Shown: positions 19,361 to 28,461 of the stretch, piece after piece
Layout of the letters: every line of letters starts with the position of its first letter
Numbering within the stretch: the stretch's first letter is position 1
Assembly (NCBI GenBank): GCA_020633675.1
Contig: JACKDE010000002.1
Span: 624,644-688,643 of the forward strand
Source of the DNA: Deferribacteres bacterium
GTDB lineage: Bacteria > Zhuqueibacterota > Zhuqueibacteria > Zhuqueibacterales > Geothermadaptataceae
Direction: 5' to 3'
Length of the DNA stretch: 64,000 nt
Notes under the pieces: model-generated
Told to the model about the DNA's origin: nothing
Database searches by the model: none
Seen by the model: the letters and a program-made list of their open reading frames with translations, nothing else
Program-made: the position numbers and the translations under genes

Positions 19361-19963
19361 TTATCGCGACGTACCGGAAGCAGTAGCTGGAAGAGCGGTC
19401 GGTTTTTGGGGAAAACAGTTTGGATAATAAGAAATTGCATGAGTACTTGAGAACAAATTCAAGATATGTTCTTGTACAAAATGCAAAACTTTATGTTTAA
19501 TAAAACTGCGATCTTTTGGGATTTGGTGCTTTGCGGCTTGTGAAAAAACGCATTCGAACAGATGACGAGCTCTGCAAAATCTCAAGACGGATTGTTTGAC
19601 AAACGAATTTGCCGCTTTGTGATTCCAAAAGACACGCATAAAAGTCTTGTCCACCGCCTTTACTGGAGAAAGATTGGCAATGAAGAAGATATTCTCGATT
19701 TTTCTTATCAGCAGGTCAATGTTGATTATGAAAGAGATGCGAATGGCAATCTTTCGAAAACAGTATCTATCGGGGGGGATGGTCTCAGAAATTTCTTTGC
19801 GGAGAGGCAACGGGGGGCGCGGCTCTGCTTCAAAGGCAGGATACTTCCAGGCCCAAAAGAAGAACGAGGCCAGGACATCAACGGTGCCTGGCCTAAAGGA
19901 ACTGTAAATTTGTTTGCTAAACAGATCGGCGAATTGGCTTTTCAGTTTTTCTTCTTTCCCCAA
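19361..19963 (-). CDS. Doubtful ORF (low-GC, low-complexity) in the TPR/RR intergenic region
   Basis: 200-aa ORF with no recognisable motif. An equally long opposite-strand ORF (19562-20065) also exists. The region has intergenic-like composition. Confidence 0.2.
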   Translation of the reverse strand: MGKEEKLKSQFADLFSKQIYSSFRPGTVDVLASFFFWAWKYPAFEAEPRPPLPLRKEISETIPPDRYCFRKIAIRISFIINIDLLIRKIENIFFIANLSPVKAVDKTFMRVFWNHKAANSFVKQSVLRFCRARHLFECVFSQAAKHQIPKDRSFIKHKVLHFVQEHILNLFSSTHAISYYPNCFPQKPTALPATASGTSR

Positions 19964-20892
19964 AATTTTTCCATCTTTTCCTTGCGATCGAGAAGGTATT
20001 TGATACGCTTTTTTGCTTTTTGTGCAAAATCGCTGTTCGGCTCGAGTTCAAGCACTTTTTCGTAGGTTTCGACACTCAACTTATAATCATCGCGATCCTT
20101 TTTTTCATAAGCCTGCGCCATAAAATAGACCGGTTCTGCGGACTCTGAACGCAGTGCTCCAGCATAGCCAAACTCGGTGATGGCATCCCATAAATCGGAA
20201 ACACTTCCTCTTTTGTAGAGCACATGTCCACGCGCCATGTGCAAAGCATATTTGGCATCTTTGTGGCTGGCATCGATGGCTACAGCCTGCTCAAGCGATT
20301 TCACTGCTTGATTCCAGCGCTTTTTTTGAAACAGGGCAAAACCTTCCTGAAAATATTTATCGGCCTGCTCAGTTTGGGATGCAAGCTCACCAAGCTGCGT
20401 TTTCACGCGCGGATCGTTCGGTGAAATCTGCGCTGCTTGTTCAAATTCGGCGTTGGCTTTTTCCAGCAGGTTGAATTTTTGGTAAGCAATACCACGTTCA
20501 TAAAAAACATCAAACGCTTGAGGCATGAGCTCTTCAGCATTTTCGTAGTTTTCAAGCGCAAGTCGCAGGCTGCCAGCTTCACGGGCGGCGCTTCCCCGAG
20601 CAATGTACAGTCGCGATAAGGAAGCGGTTGCCGTGCTGTTGGACGCATCGGTCGCAAGCACACGCTGATACATCGCCATCGCGCTGTCGGCACGTTCGGT
20701 TTTTTCATAGCATTCCGCCAGCAAAAGCATCGCTTCGCCGTTGGCAGGATTCTTGGAAATTTCAGCTTGCAGAGCAGTGATAGCACTTTCGTAGTTGCCT
20801 GCCGCAACATCCTTTTTTGCGACACCCAACTGGCTGGCGCCACATGCCAGCAACAGCAGTGAAAACGGGATAAGAATTCTCAAGATTTTCAA
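19942..20892 (-). CDS. TPR-repeat lipoprotein
   Basis: Signal peptide with lipobox (LLLACGAS). Repeated 34-aa TPR patterns (AxxxxxAxxxYEKxxRxDxA). Confidence 0.8.
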   Translation of the reverse strand: MKILRILIPFSLLLLACGASQLGVAKKDVAAGNYESAITALQAEISKNPANGEAMLLLAECYEKTERADSAMAMYQRVLATDASNSTATASLSRLYIARGSAAREAGSLRLALENYENAEELMPQAFDVFYERGIAYQKFNLLEKANAEFEQAAQISPNDPRVKTQLGELASQTEQADKYFQEGFALFQKKRWNQAVKSLEQAVAIDASHKDAKYALHMARGHVLYKRGSVSDLWDAITEFGYAGALRSESAEPVYFMAQAYEKKDRDDYKLSVETYEKVLELEPNSDFAQKAKKRIKYLLDRKEKMEKFWGKKKN

Positions 20893-20996
20893 AATAAGCA
20901 GTCCTTCCTGGGTTGTTTAAAGGTAACCGAAAAAATATCGAATCACCGCAAGAAAATCAAGCGGAAAGTCGGTACAACACACAACGATGCTGAGCA

Positions 20997-23945
20997 CTAT
21001 TCATTCGCCAGGCCAAAACCTCGCATGACAGCATCGTGCAAAACCGGACGGAAACGGTAAATTTTGCGGTTTTCTCGCGTAGGGTGTACGCGGTTGGAAA
21101 GCAGGATGACGAAAAGGTCTTTTTCCGGATCGACCCAGACCGAGTTGCCGGTGAAGCCTGTGTGCCCGAAGGCACGCATACTCATGAAATGGCCGCTGCT
21201 GCTATTGTGCTCGCTGCGGGTATCCCAACCGATCGCGCGAGTGCTGCCTTCCGTCAAATTTTGCCGCGTGATGAATTTGTCGATCACTTCAGTCGACAGC
21301 AATCGTACACCATCGTATTCGCCACCGTTCAGCAACATTTGCAGCAAAATTGCCAGATCGTAGGAGGTGCTGAATAAACCTGCATGCCCTGCCACACCGC
21401 CGAGGGCAAAAGCATTTTCATCATGGACCACGCCATGCACCATGCGGCCACGCCATGGATCATCTTCGGTTGGCGGAATACGATACCAATACGATTCCGG
21501 TGGATTGAACATCGTATCATGCATCCCCAATGGCGTGAAGATGTTTTCCTGACAAAAGACATTGAGCGGCTGACCTGTTATTTTCTCGATGATTTTTCCC
21601 GTCAGAATGATACCGAGATCGCTGTAGCGCGTTTCGGTACCGGGGGTATATTCCAGCGGTTCAATCAGAATGCGCGACACGATTTCACCGGGTTGTGTCG
21701 ATTCCAGAAAGTAGCGCTTAAATGGCGGCAAACCCGAATTATGCACCAAAAAATTCAGAACCGTCAAGCTGTCTTTGCCCTCGCCTTGAAAATCGGGCAG
21801 GTAGGACTGTACGGTCGCATGCAGGTCGAGCTTGCCCTGATCCACCAGCATCATGACAGCGGTGGTGGTGGCAATCACTTTGGTAACCGAGGCGAGATCG
21901 TACATAGCATTCTGTGGCACAGGTTTTTGATATTCTCCATAACCCATATTCCCGTACGATTTATGATGCACGATTTTGCCGTCTTTGGCGATCAGCAAAC
22001 TGGCGCCGGGGAAGGCCGAATCTGCAACAGCGTTTGCCATCAATCTGTCGATGGTTGCCACGCTATCCGGCGCAAAACCGGCTTCTTCGGGCAAGGCATA
22101 CTGCAGCATCGGCTCTTTTGCAACGGGCTTGATATTATCGATTGCATGCGTGGGCACCAATTCGATACCATCACCGCGCTGAAACAGGCTGGGAACGGTG
22201 ATGGGGATTTTGCCGGTAATCGCCTGCCGGCCCAGCAGGGCATCAGCTGAAACGTGTTGCATGAGCGGATCGTCATCGTAGGCACAAATGTACGTATCTA
22301 CGTCCGGCATTTGCTGGATCAAATAAGGATTGCCGAGCGAGACAGCAATCATCGGTTTGCCCAAAGCAATTATTTTTTGCACTTCTGCGATGACGTTCTC
22401 CGGAAGTTGCACGCTGCTGTTGCCGGAAGTCAGTGTGGCGTAAAGATGCAGGATGATGATGTCCGCTGCTTCTGCCCGGGCGTGTATTGCAGCCAGGGAA
22501 TCGGCACACATTCCCGGTTTGATGGCACCGCTGGTGGCGTTCGGCAGTGCCCTCTGCAGGCGCTCTGCAAAGGCGCGCGTGCGGTAGCGAACCGGATCGT
22601 CCTGTACTGCAATCACAGCAATGTTTTTCTCCCGGTCCGATGGCGATAACGGCAACACATCACTGTTATTTTTCAATAAAGTGATGGCTTGCCGGGCACA
22701 TTTGCGTGCTAAGGCGCTGGAGGAAGCGAGACCGAAATTGGCAGCAAGCGTGTCGCCGCTGAGCGTGTGCGCCTGATGCAAACCTGCTTTGGCTTTGGCG
22801 GCCAGGATGCGCCGCACGGATGCGTCAATGCGGGATTCCGGTACCCGGCCCTGCTGCACGGCGTTCACAATGGCATCCATTGCGACTTTAGGCTGCGGTG
22901 AAACCAGCAGAATGTCAACGCCTGCCTGTACCGCACTCACCGCCGCGAATCCATTGGTGAAGTTTTTTTGAATCGCCTGCATTTCCAGTGCGTCGGTGAT
23001 CACCAAACCGTCGAATTGCATTTCATCGCGCAATAAATTCGTCAAAATGTCCGGTGCGAGGCTGGCAGGCTTGTATGGATATGCACTCCTGTTTGGCAAT
23101 CGGATATGTGCCGACATGATTGCATCGACTCCGGCATCGATGGCCGATTTAAATGGTATCAACTCGAGGCTATTTAATCTGTCGGCATCGGCGGTGACAA
23201 CTGGCAGTGTCAGGTGGGTGTCCTGTTCAGTGTCGCCATGGCCGGGAAAATGCTTGGCCGCGGTAAGCAGACCGCCATCATGAGCGCCACGAATAAATGC
23301 ATCGGCATAGAGCGCGACCTGCTCGGCGGTTTCGCCGAAAGAACGCGTGTTGATAATAGGATTCATCGGATTGCTGTTGATGTCGACGACCGGGGAATAG
23401 CTAAGATGGATGCCGAGCGCTCGACCTTCCTGCGCGGTGAGGCGGCCAAGCTCGTAGGCAAAGCTGCTGTCGCCGGTGGCGGCAATGGCCATCGCTGGCG
23501 GAAAATAGGTGCCACCGCGAAAACGCGGTCCCATACCGTTTTCGAAATCGGCGCTGAAAAGCAGCGGCGTTTTGGCGATGCTCTGCATTCGATTGTAGAG
23601 CTGGATTTGTTCTGCCGGTGTGCCACCCCAGATATGCAAGCCACCGACACCCCAGTCCCGCACTGCGGCTTCAATGCGCAACAGTTCGCGATCATCGTTT
23701 GCATAATGCTGTGCAGTGGTTGCAACAAAAAAGAGTTGCCCGACTTTTTCCTGCAGGCTCATCGCGGCGATTTTCGAATCAATCCAGCGATTTGTCGACA
23801 TGGTATTCTCCGTGGAATGGGTGCCGCGCTGAGGACCGGCACAGGCAAAAAAGATGGCAACCAATGCAATACAGCACATTGCCAAGAAACAGAAACGGGT
23901 GGAAGCGGCAAAGCCAACTCCGGGGGCAGCATGAGGTCTTCGCAT
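20997..23945 (-). CDS. Fusion protein: GH3 beta-N-acetylhexosaminidase (NagZ-like) N-terminal region plus serine beta-lactamase-fold hydrolase (AmpH/AmiE-like) C-terminal region
   Basis: GH3 signature KHFPGHGDTEQDTH. The C-terminal domain carries S-V-T-K (SxxK), YSD and HTG (KTG-like) motifs of class-C-like beta-lactamase-fold enzymes. 982 aa. N-terminal signal/TM. Confidence 0.85.
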   Translation of the reverse strand: MRRPHAAPGVGFAASTRFCFLAMCCIALVAIFFACAGPQRGTHSTENTMSTNRWIDSKIAAMSLQEKVGQLFFVATTAQHYANDDRELLRIEAAVRDWGVGGLHIWGGTPAEQIQLYNRMQSIAKTPLLFSADFENGMGPRFRGGTYFPPAMAIAATGDSSFAYELGRLTAQEGRALGIHLSYSPVVDINSNPMNPIINTRSFGETAEQVALYADAFIRGAHDGGLLTAAKHFPGHGDTEQDTHLTLPVVTADADRLNSLELIPFKSAIDAGVDAIMSAHIRLPNRSAYPYKPASLAPDILTNLLRDEMQFDGLVITDALEMQAIQKNFTNGFAAVSAVQAGVDILLVSPQPKVAMDAIVNAVQQGRVPESRIDASVRRILAAKAKAGLHQAHTLSGDTLAANFGLASSSALARKCARQAITLLKNNSDVLPLSPSDREKNIAVIAVQDDPVRYRTRAFAERLQRALPNATSGAIKPGMCADSLAAIHARAEAADIIILHLYATLTSGNSSVQLPENVIAEVQKIIALGKPMIAVSLGNPYLIQQMPDVDTYICAYDDDPLMQHVSADALLGRQAITGKIPITVPSLFQRGDGIELVPTHAIDNIKPVAKEPMLQYALPEEAGFAPDSVATIDRLMANAVADSAFPGASLLIAKDGKIVHHKSYGNMGYGEYQKPVPQNAMYDLASVTKVIATTTAVMMLVDQGKLDLHATVQSYLPDFQGEGKDSLTVLNFLVHNSGLPPFKRYFLESTQPGEIVSRILIEPLEYTPGTETRYSDLGIILTGKIIEKITGQPLNVFCQENIFTPLGMHDTMFNPPESYWYRIPPTEDDPWRGRMVHGVVHDENAFALGGVAGHAGLFSTSYDLAILLQMLLNGGEYDGVRLLSTEVIDKFITRQNLTEGSTRAIGWDTRSEHNSSSGHFMSMRAFGHTGFTGNSVWVDPEKDLFVILLSNRVHPTRENRKIYRFRPVLHDAVMRGFGLANE

Positions 23946-24011
23946 GTTTACTTTGAATTTTATGGTGAATGGAAGCGTTGTCGCTGCACGCTCGGGGGTG
24001 CAACCTGTTGA

Positions 24012-24368
24012 CTATGCTTTTTGAGCATGGAGTCCTTGCAGCGCATCTTGCAGGTTTTCGAAATGCATGATGTATTTGGACAGGCCGACCATGTTGAAGA
24101 TTTTCTGAAAGTGCGGCGACAAGCCACATGCGCGTATTTCCTGCTGGATTTCCTGCGCACGGGTCAGCATGCTGATGATGATCGACATGCCGGCCGAGTT
24201 GATATATTCGACCTGACTGAAATCGAGTACAATATGCTTGGTTTTGGGCGTGGCGCATTTATCATAGGCATTGATGAGCCGTTGCTCGGCTGTATGGGTC
24301 AGATCGCCGTTCATTTTAAGGGTAGCGATAGCGCCGTCGAGTTCGAGATGGACCTGAAAGTTTTCCAA
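24012..24368 (-). CDS. STAS-domain anti-sigma-factor antagonist (RsbV/SpoIIAA-like)
   Basis: 118 aa. LDFSQVEYINSAGMSII with the conserved phosphorylatable Ser context. Confidence 0.85.
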   Translation of the reverse strand: MENFQVHLELDGAIATLKMNGDLTHTAEQRLINAYDKCATPKTKHIVLDFSQVEYINSAGMSIIISMLTRAQEIQQEIRACGLSPHFQKIFNMVGLSKYIMHFENLQDALQGLHAQKA

Positions 24369-24419
24369 TTTGTGCTCCGAAGATATGAGAATGTCAAAAG
24401 GCTAATATTCTTAAATAAA

Positions 24420-24881
24420 TCAAACCACTTCCGCAGGCTGCAATTTCATGATCAGCCGCGTGACATGGCCGTGCCGTGAGGAAATACCGAATTCCACCTG
24501 GTCGACCAGGTTTTCGATCAAAAAAATACCCCAGCCGCGCGGCGCATCTTTTTTCGAAAGCTTGCGCTCCAGCACCGGTTTTGGCGGATGTTTTTGAATG
24601 CCCGCACCATGGTCATAGATTTCAATTTCGAGCGTGTTGTCTTTAAGGTAATACAAAATATCCACCGAAGTGGTCGGTGACATTTTGTTGCCATGCTGCA
24701 TGGCATTGATACATGCCTCAGCGGTTGCGGTGCACAAATCCTGGCTGCGATCCGGTGGGATGCCGGCAATTTCAGCCAGTTCTGCCGCCGCGTTCATGGC
24801 GATTTTTTCATAACCAAAGGTGGAAGGGATCATCAATCGGACGATTTTCTCTTCGCTTTTGGCGGATGCGGTTTTTTTCAT
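24420..24881 (-). CDS. RsbW/SpoIIAB-like serine-protein kinase (anti-sigma regulatory factor, HATPase_c)
   Basis: EACINAMQHGN N-box. DHGAGI G1 box. 153 aa. Confidence 0.8.
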   Translation of the reverse strand: MKKTASAKSEEKIVRLMIPSTFGYEKIAMNAAAELAEIAGIPPDRSQDLCTATAEACINAMQHGNKMSPTTSVDILYYLKDNTLEIEIYDHGAGIQKHPPKPVLERKLSKKDAPRGWGIFLIENLVDQVEFGISSRHGHVTRLIMKLQPAEVV

Positions 24882-24894
24882 AGGACTGCTGGCG

Positions 24895-26406
24895 TTAACT
24901 GAACTTTAAAATGACGAGAGTGATGTCATCTGAATGATTAACGCTGCCGGCAAATTGTTCGGCACTGGAAATCAGGCCTTTCAGCATATCCGGCAGATTG
25001 CCGTTGGCGTTGTGCTCGATCGCATCTTTAAACCGATCGAAGCCGAAGGGCTGATAGCCGGTGCCATTTTTTTCATCGGCCAATTCGACGATGCCGTCGG
25101 TGTAGCAAATCAGCGTATCACCAGACTGAATGTCGAACGTTTGTTCCTGAAAACGGACATCCGGGCGAATACCGAGCGGAAAGCGGTCAGCGTCGGATTG
25201 CGCAAGAAATTCTGCCTTGGCCTTGCGCAATAAAATCGGCATCGTTTGACCGGCGTTGGTGTAGGAAAGTTTGCGCGCCCTGCGGTCATAAATGCCAAGA
25301 AAAACAGCCACAAACATGGTGCGTTGAATGTCGCGCACCAGCCGCCGGTTGGCGAGCTGCAGGATTTCGTCGGTTGTTTGCCGCATGTCGGCCGCGAAAC
25401 GTAAGGCGCTCATGGCGCTGCTCATGCCAATGGCGCCGGAGATGCCTTTCCCGGACACATCGCCGATGACGATAGCAAAACGATTTTCGTCCAGCGGGAT
25501 GATGTCGTAAAAATCGCCACCCACTTCATTTGCCGGAATCGATTGCGCCTCGATCACGGCGCCGGGCAGTTGTGGTTGGCGTTGTGGCAGCATTTCCCGC
25601 TGCAACCGGCGGGCGATTTCGAGCTCCTGCCACACTCGGGTGTTTTGCTTCAAGCCGGAAAGCATTTTGTTAAAATGGTCTGCCAGGCCGCTGATCTCAT
25701 CCCTGGTTGCATTCACCGGGATGGTTGCATCCAGATTGCCGGCAGCCACTTCTTTGGTAACGGAAATCAATTGCCGCATCGGCCGGAACATGCGGATCAC
25801 CGCAATATTGATCAACACTAATGATACAAAACCGACAATGCCGATCACTTCGATGACCCGTTGCCGAACGGATTCGGTGCTGCCGTATATATCGCTTTCA
25901 TAGCCGGAAGCCATCAATACCCATTTCCACGGCGCGAAATAGATATAGTAGCCGATTTTGCGCTCACCCTGGCGGCCTTTGGCATCAGTGCCCTGTGTAT
26001 AGGTGAGTAGATGTCCGTGGCGACTGACGCCTTTCTTGACTTCGATATCGATTTCGCCAAGTATCTGCTGGATGTGATGAAAATCTTCGATGTATTTGCC
26101 GACATCGGTGGGATGAATCACCAGTCGCGCTCGGCCCGGTTCTTCGGTGGAAAAAACGAAAATATAACCTTCCTTGCCGATCCGCACATCGTGGATGGCG
26201 CGGGCAAGCTCGTCGGTTGGCTCGCCGTTCAGCGCATGGAATTTTTCGCACAACGTATAGGCATAGTCGGTTTGCGCGTGCAGAAGTTCCCGTGCCAACT
26301 GCTCAAGCTCCTGCTTGGACTGCCGGAAGGATAGCACGCCAACCAGCACGGCAGTTGCGATAATATCGAAAATAATGACCAGGCTAAGCTTCGTTCGCAA
26401 AGTCAT
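24895..26406 (-). CDS. Membrane-bound PP2C-type serine phosphatase (RsbU/SpoIIE-like) with periplasmic Cache-like sensor and HAMP
   Basis: TM, then about 150-aa extracytoplasmic domain, then TM, HAMP (EISGLADHFNKML) and PP2C/SpoIIE (GDVSGKG, TDGIVE). Overlaps the upstream EBP gene by 23 nt. Confidence 0.85.
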   Translation of the reverse strand: MTLRTKLSLVIIFDIIATAVLVGVLSFRQSKQELEQLARELLHAQTDYAYTLCEKFHALNGEPTDELARAIHDVRIGKEGYIFVFSTEEPGRARLVIHPTDVGKYIEDFHHIQQILGEIDIEVKKGVSRHGHLLTYTQGTDAKGRQGERKIGYYIYFAPWKWVLMASGYESDIYGSTESVRQRVIEVIGIVGFVSLVLINIAVIRMFRPMRQLISVTKEVAAGNLDATIPVNATRDEISGLADHFNKMLSGLKQNTRVWQELEIARRLQREMLPQRQPQLPGAVIEAQSIPANEVGGDFYDIIPLDENRFAIVIGDVSGKGISGAIGMSSAMSALRFAADMRQTTDEILQLANRRLVRDIQRTMFVAVFLGIYDRRARKLSYTNAGQTMPILLRKAKAEFLAQSDADRFPLGIRPDVRFQEQTFDIQSGDTLICYTDGIVELADEKNGTGYQPFGFDRFKDAIEHNANGNLPDMLKGLISSAEQFAGSVNHSDDITLVILKFS

Positions 26407-27937
26407 CTGCGTGATCCCGATAGGTAATATTCAATCGTTCCATTTTTCGCTGCAAGCCAAGCCTGCTAAGACCAAGGCGGCGCGCCACCTCGCTTTTGTT
26501 GCCGCCCGCGTCTTCTAACGCCTTTTTGATCATTCGCGTTTCCAGTCGATCCACGGCTTCCCGCAGGTCTGCCGGTTCATCATCGGTTTCTGCCTCGGTT
26601 GTGTTGCTTGCGAAGAAGTGGCTGGAAAGGTGCTCAGGCCGGATCACATCGCCATCCTCGGCCAGGGTCACCAACCTTTCAACCTCATTTTCGAGTTCGC
26701 GAATGTTCCCGGGCCAACTGTATTTTTCAAAAACGTGCAGCGTTTCCGGCGCGAAACTGATATCCCGCCTGCTGATTTTCTGCTGGATTTTTTCGATAAA
26801 ATGATGCGAGAGAATCGCAATGTCTTCACGCCGTTGTCGCAATGCCGGCAATCGCAACTCCAGAACGCTCAGGCGATAGTATAAATCCTCCCTGAACCGT
26901 CCGGCTTTGATTTCGGCTTTCAAATCTTTGTTGGTGGCGGCCACTACCCGCACGTTGACACGGATTTCGCGCGTGCTGCCAACCCGCCGCAGGGTTTGCT
27001 CCTGCAAGGTGCGCAATAGCTTTGCCTGCGAGTTCAATGGCATATCACCGACTTCATCGATGAAAAGCGTGCCTGTGTCGGCTTGCTCGAAATAGCCGAT
27101 GTGCTGACTGACGCCAGTGGCGGTACCTGCTTCGATGCCAAAAAACTCCGATTCGACCAGGTTCTCAGGAATCGCTGTGCAATTGATCGCGACAAACGGA
27201 TTGTTGGCGCGCAGGCTGGCGTAGTGGATGGCGCGAGCAGCCAACTCTTTTCCCGTACCGGTCTCACCTACGATCAGCACGCTGGCATCGCTGCGGCCAA
27301 AGCTTTGAATGTTGCCGAGAATGGTCTGTAGTGCCCGGCTCGATCCGATGATTTTTTTGCTGGCATCTTCCTGCCGGACTTGTTGGCGCAGGGTCAGATT
27401 TTCGGCTGTCAGCTTTTCTTTTGCCGTGCTCAGTTCATCGTAGAGATTGATGTTTTCAAGCGCGCTGCCGGCATAGCTGGCGACGGCGTGCAACAGGCGC
27501 TCGTCATCGCGGCTGTAAGGCTCGATGAGGATCTTTTTGCCAAAAAAGAAGCCGCCGACGATTTGGTCGCGCACAATCACATGCTCCCACAGAGAGAAGG
27601 ACAGATCGTCCTGAGAGCGCTTTTCGGTGAGTTCGGTGAGAATTTCCTGTTGACGCCGGGCGGTAGCCTGACTGAATTCATTTCCAAGGTGCTGTTCAAG
27701 TTCTGCGCCCTGGCTTTCGGACAAGCCGCGCATTGCCGTGCAACGCCAGGAACCATTTTCATGCGCCAGCGCCAGTGCATTGCGCGCACCAAAAGTCCCT
27801 GCGATGGTTGCCAGAATTTGCGCATAGACTTCCTGCTGCTTGCGGGATCGGCTGATTGCCTGTGCGATTTCGAGCAGCGTTTTGAGTTGAAAAACCTGAC
27901 GTTCCAACTCCCAAATTGTTTTATCCTGTTCGCTCAT
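26384..27937 (-). CDS. Sigma-54-dependent transcriptional activator with N-terminal GAF domain (no receiver)
   Basis: GAF-like N-terminus. Walker A GETGTGKE. GIEAGTATG as a degenerate GAFTGA. C-terminal HTH (EVARRLGLSRLGLQRKM). Confidence 0.85.
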   Translation of the reverse strand: MSEQDKTIWELERQVFQLKTLLEIAQAISRSRKQQEVYAQILATIAGTFGARNALALAHENGSWRCTAMRGLSESQGAELEQHLGNEFSQATARRQQEILTELTEKRSQDDLSFSLWEHVIVRDQIVGGFFFGKKILIEPYSRDDERLLHAVASYAGSALENINLYDELSTAKEKLTAENLTLRQQVRQEDASKKIIGSSRALQTILGNIQSFGRSDASVLIVGETGTGKELAARAIHYASLRANNPFVAINCTAIPENLVESEFFGIEAGTATGVSQHIGYFEQADTGTLFIDEVGDMPLNSQAKLLRTLQEQTLRRVGSTREIRVNVRVVAATNKDLKAEIKAGRFREDLYYRLSVLELRLPALRQRREDIAILSHHFIEKIQQKISRRDISFAPETLHVFEKYSWPGNIRELENEVERLVTLAEDGDVIRPEHLSSHFFASNTTEAETDDEPADLREAVDRLETRMIKKALEDAGGNKSEVARRLGLSRLGLQRKMERLNITYRDHADDFANEA

Positions 27938-27975
27938 TGTTGCTAATGTGTTTTAGAAAATCGTAAAGAGCAAGC

Positions 27976-28002
27976 AAAAAAAAACCCCGAAATTGTTCGG
28001 GG
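27976..28002 (-). terminator. Rho-independent terminator after the wHTH gene, about 40 nt upstream of the EBP start
   Basis: ccccgaa-attg-ttcgggg stem preceded on the plus strand by a9, which is a T9 run on the minus strand. Confidence 0.6.
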
Positions 28003-28040
28003 TTTCGCTATCAAAAGATTTCGGTACGGATGCATATCCG

Positions 28041-28241
28041 CTATTTCAGGGAAGCTTTTACCGTGTTGCCTGATTTGGCCAGAGAGACTTTGTCCTCCCG
28101 CGCCAGCCAGCCAAGTGCTGCATTCAGGGTGAATGCATCGGTTTTCAGCTTGGTTTTCAATTTGGCAGCAGTCATTTCGCCATTCTCATTCAGCTCATGC
28201 CAAACTTTCCCTGCCATTTCGCCTATCGATTGATTTGTCAT
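28041..28241 (-). CDS. Small winged-helix (DUF2582-like) DNA-binding protein
   Basis: 66 aa from MTNQSIGEMAGKVWHELNENGEMTAAKLK. AGGAG RBS. Pattern typical of wHTH/DUF2582. The ORF-track N-terminal extension was discarded. Confidence 0.5.
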   Translation of the reverse strand: MTNQSIGEMAGKVWHELNENGEMTAAKLKTKLKTDAFTLNAALGWLAREDKVSLAKSGNTVKASLK

Positions 28242-28461
28242 TTTATCGCTCCTATTCCTAACAAACATCAAATATAAAAATAGTCCTATTAATAGGCTCA
28301 AAAAACGAAGGCGATTATACTAATCGACGAACTCAATGTCAAGTTTATTTTTTGTTGCGTTAGCTTCAAACTTCGATAACATTGTCGATTGTACCAAGTC
28401 AATGTTGCTTTTGCAAAAGTGAATCTTTACCTTTGCTGTTGGATTGAAAATCGGAGTCGTT

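Noticed and set aside
19562-20065. 167-aa plus-strand ORF
   Set aside because: Its 3' third runs antisense through the TPR lipoprotein gene and is low-complexity. No RBS.
21384-22250. 288-aa plus-strand ORF
   Set aside because: Antisense to the GH3/beta-lactamase fusion gene. His/Arg-rich junk translation.
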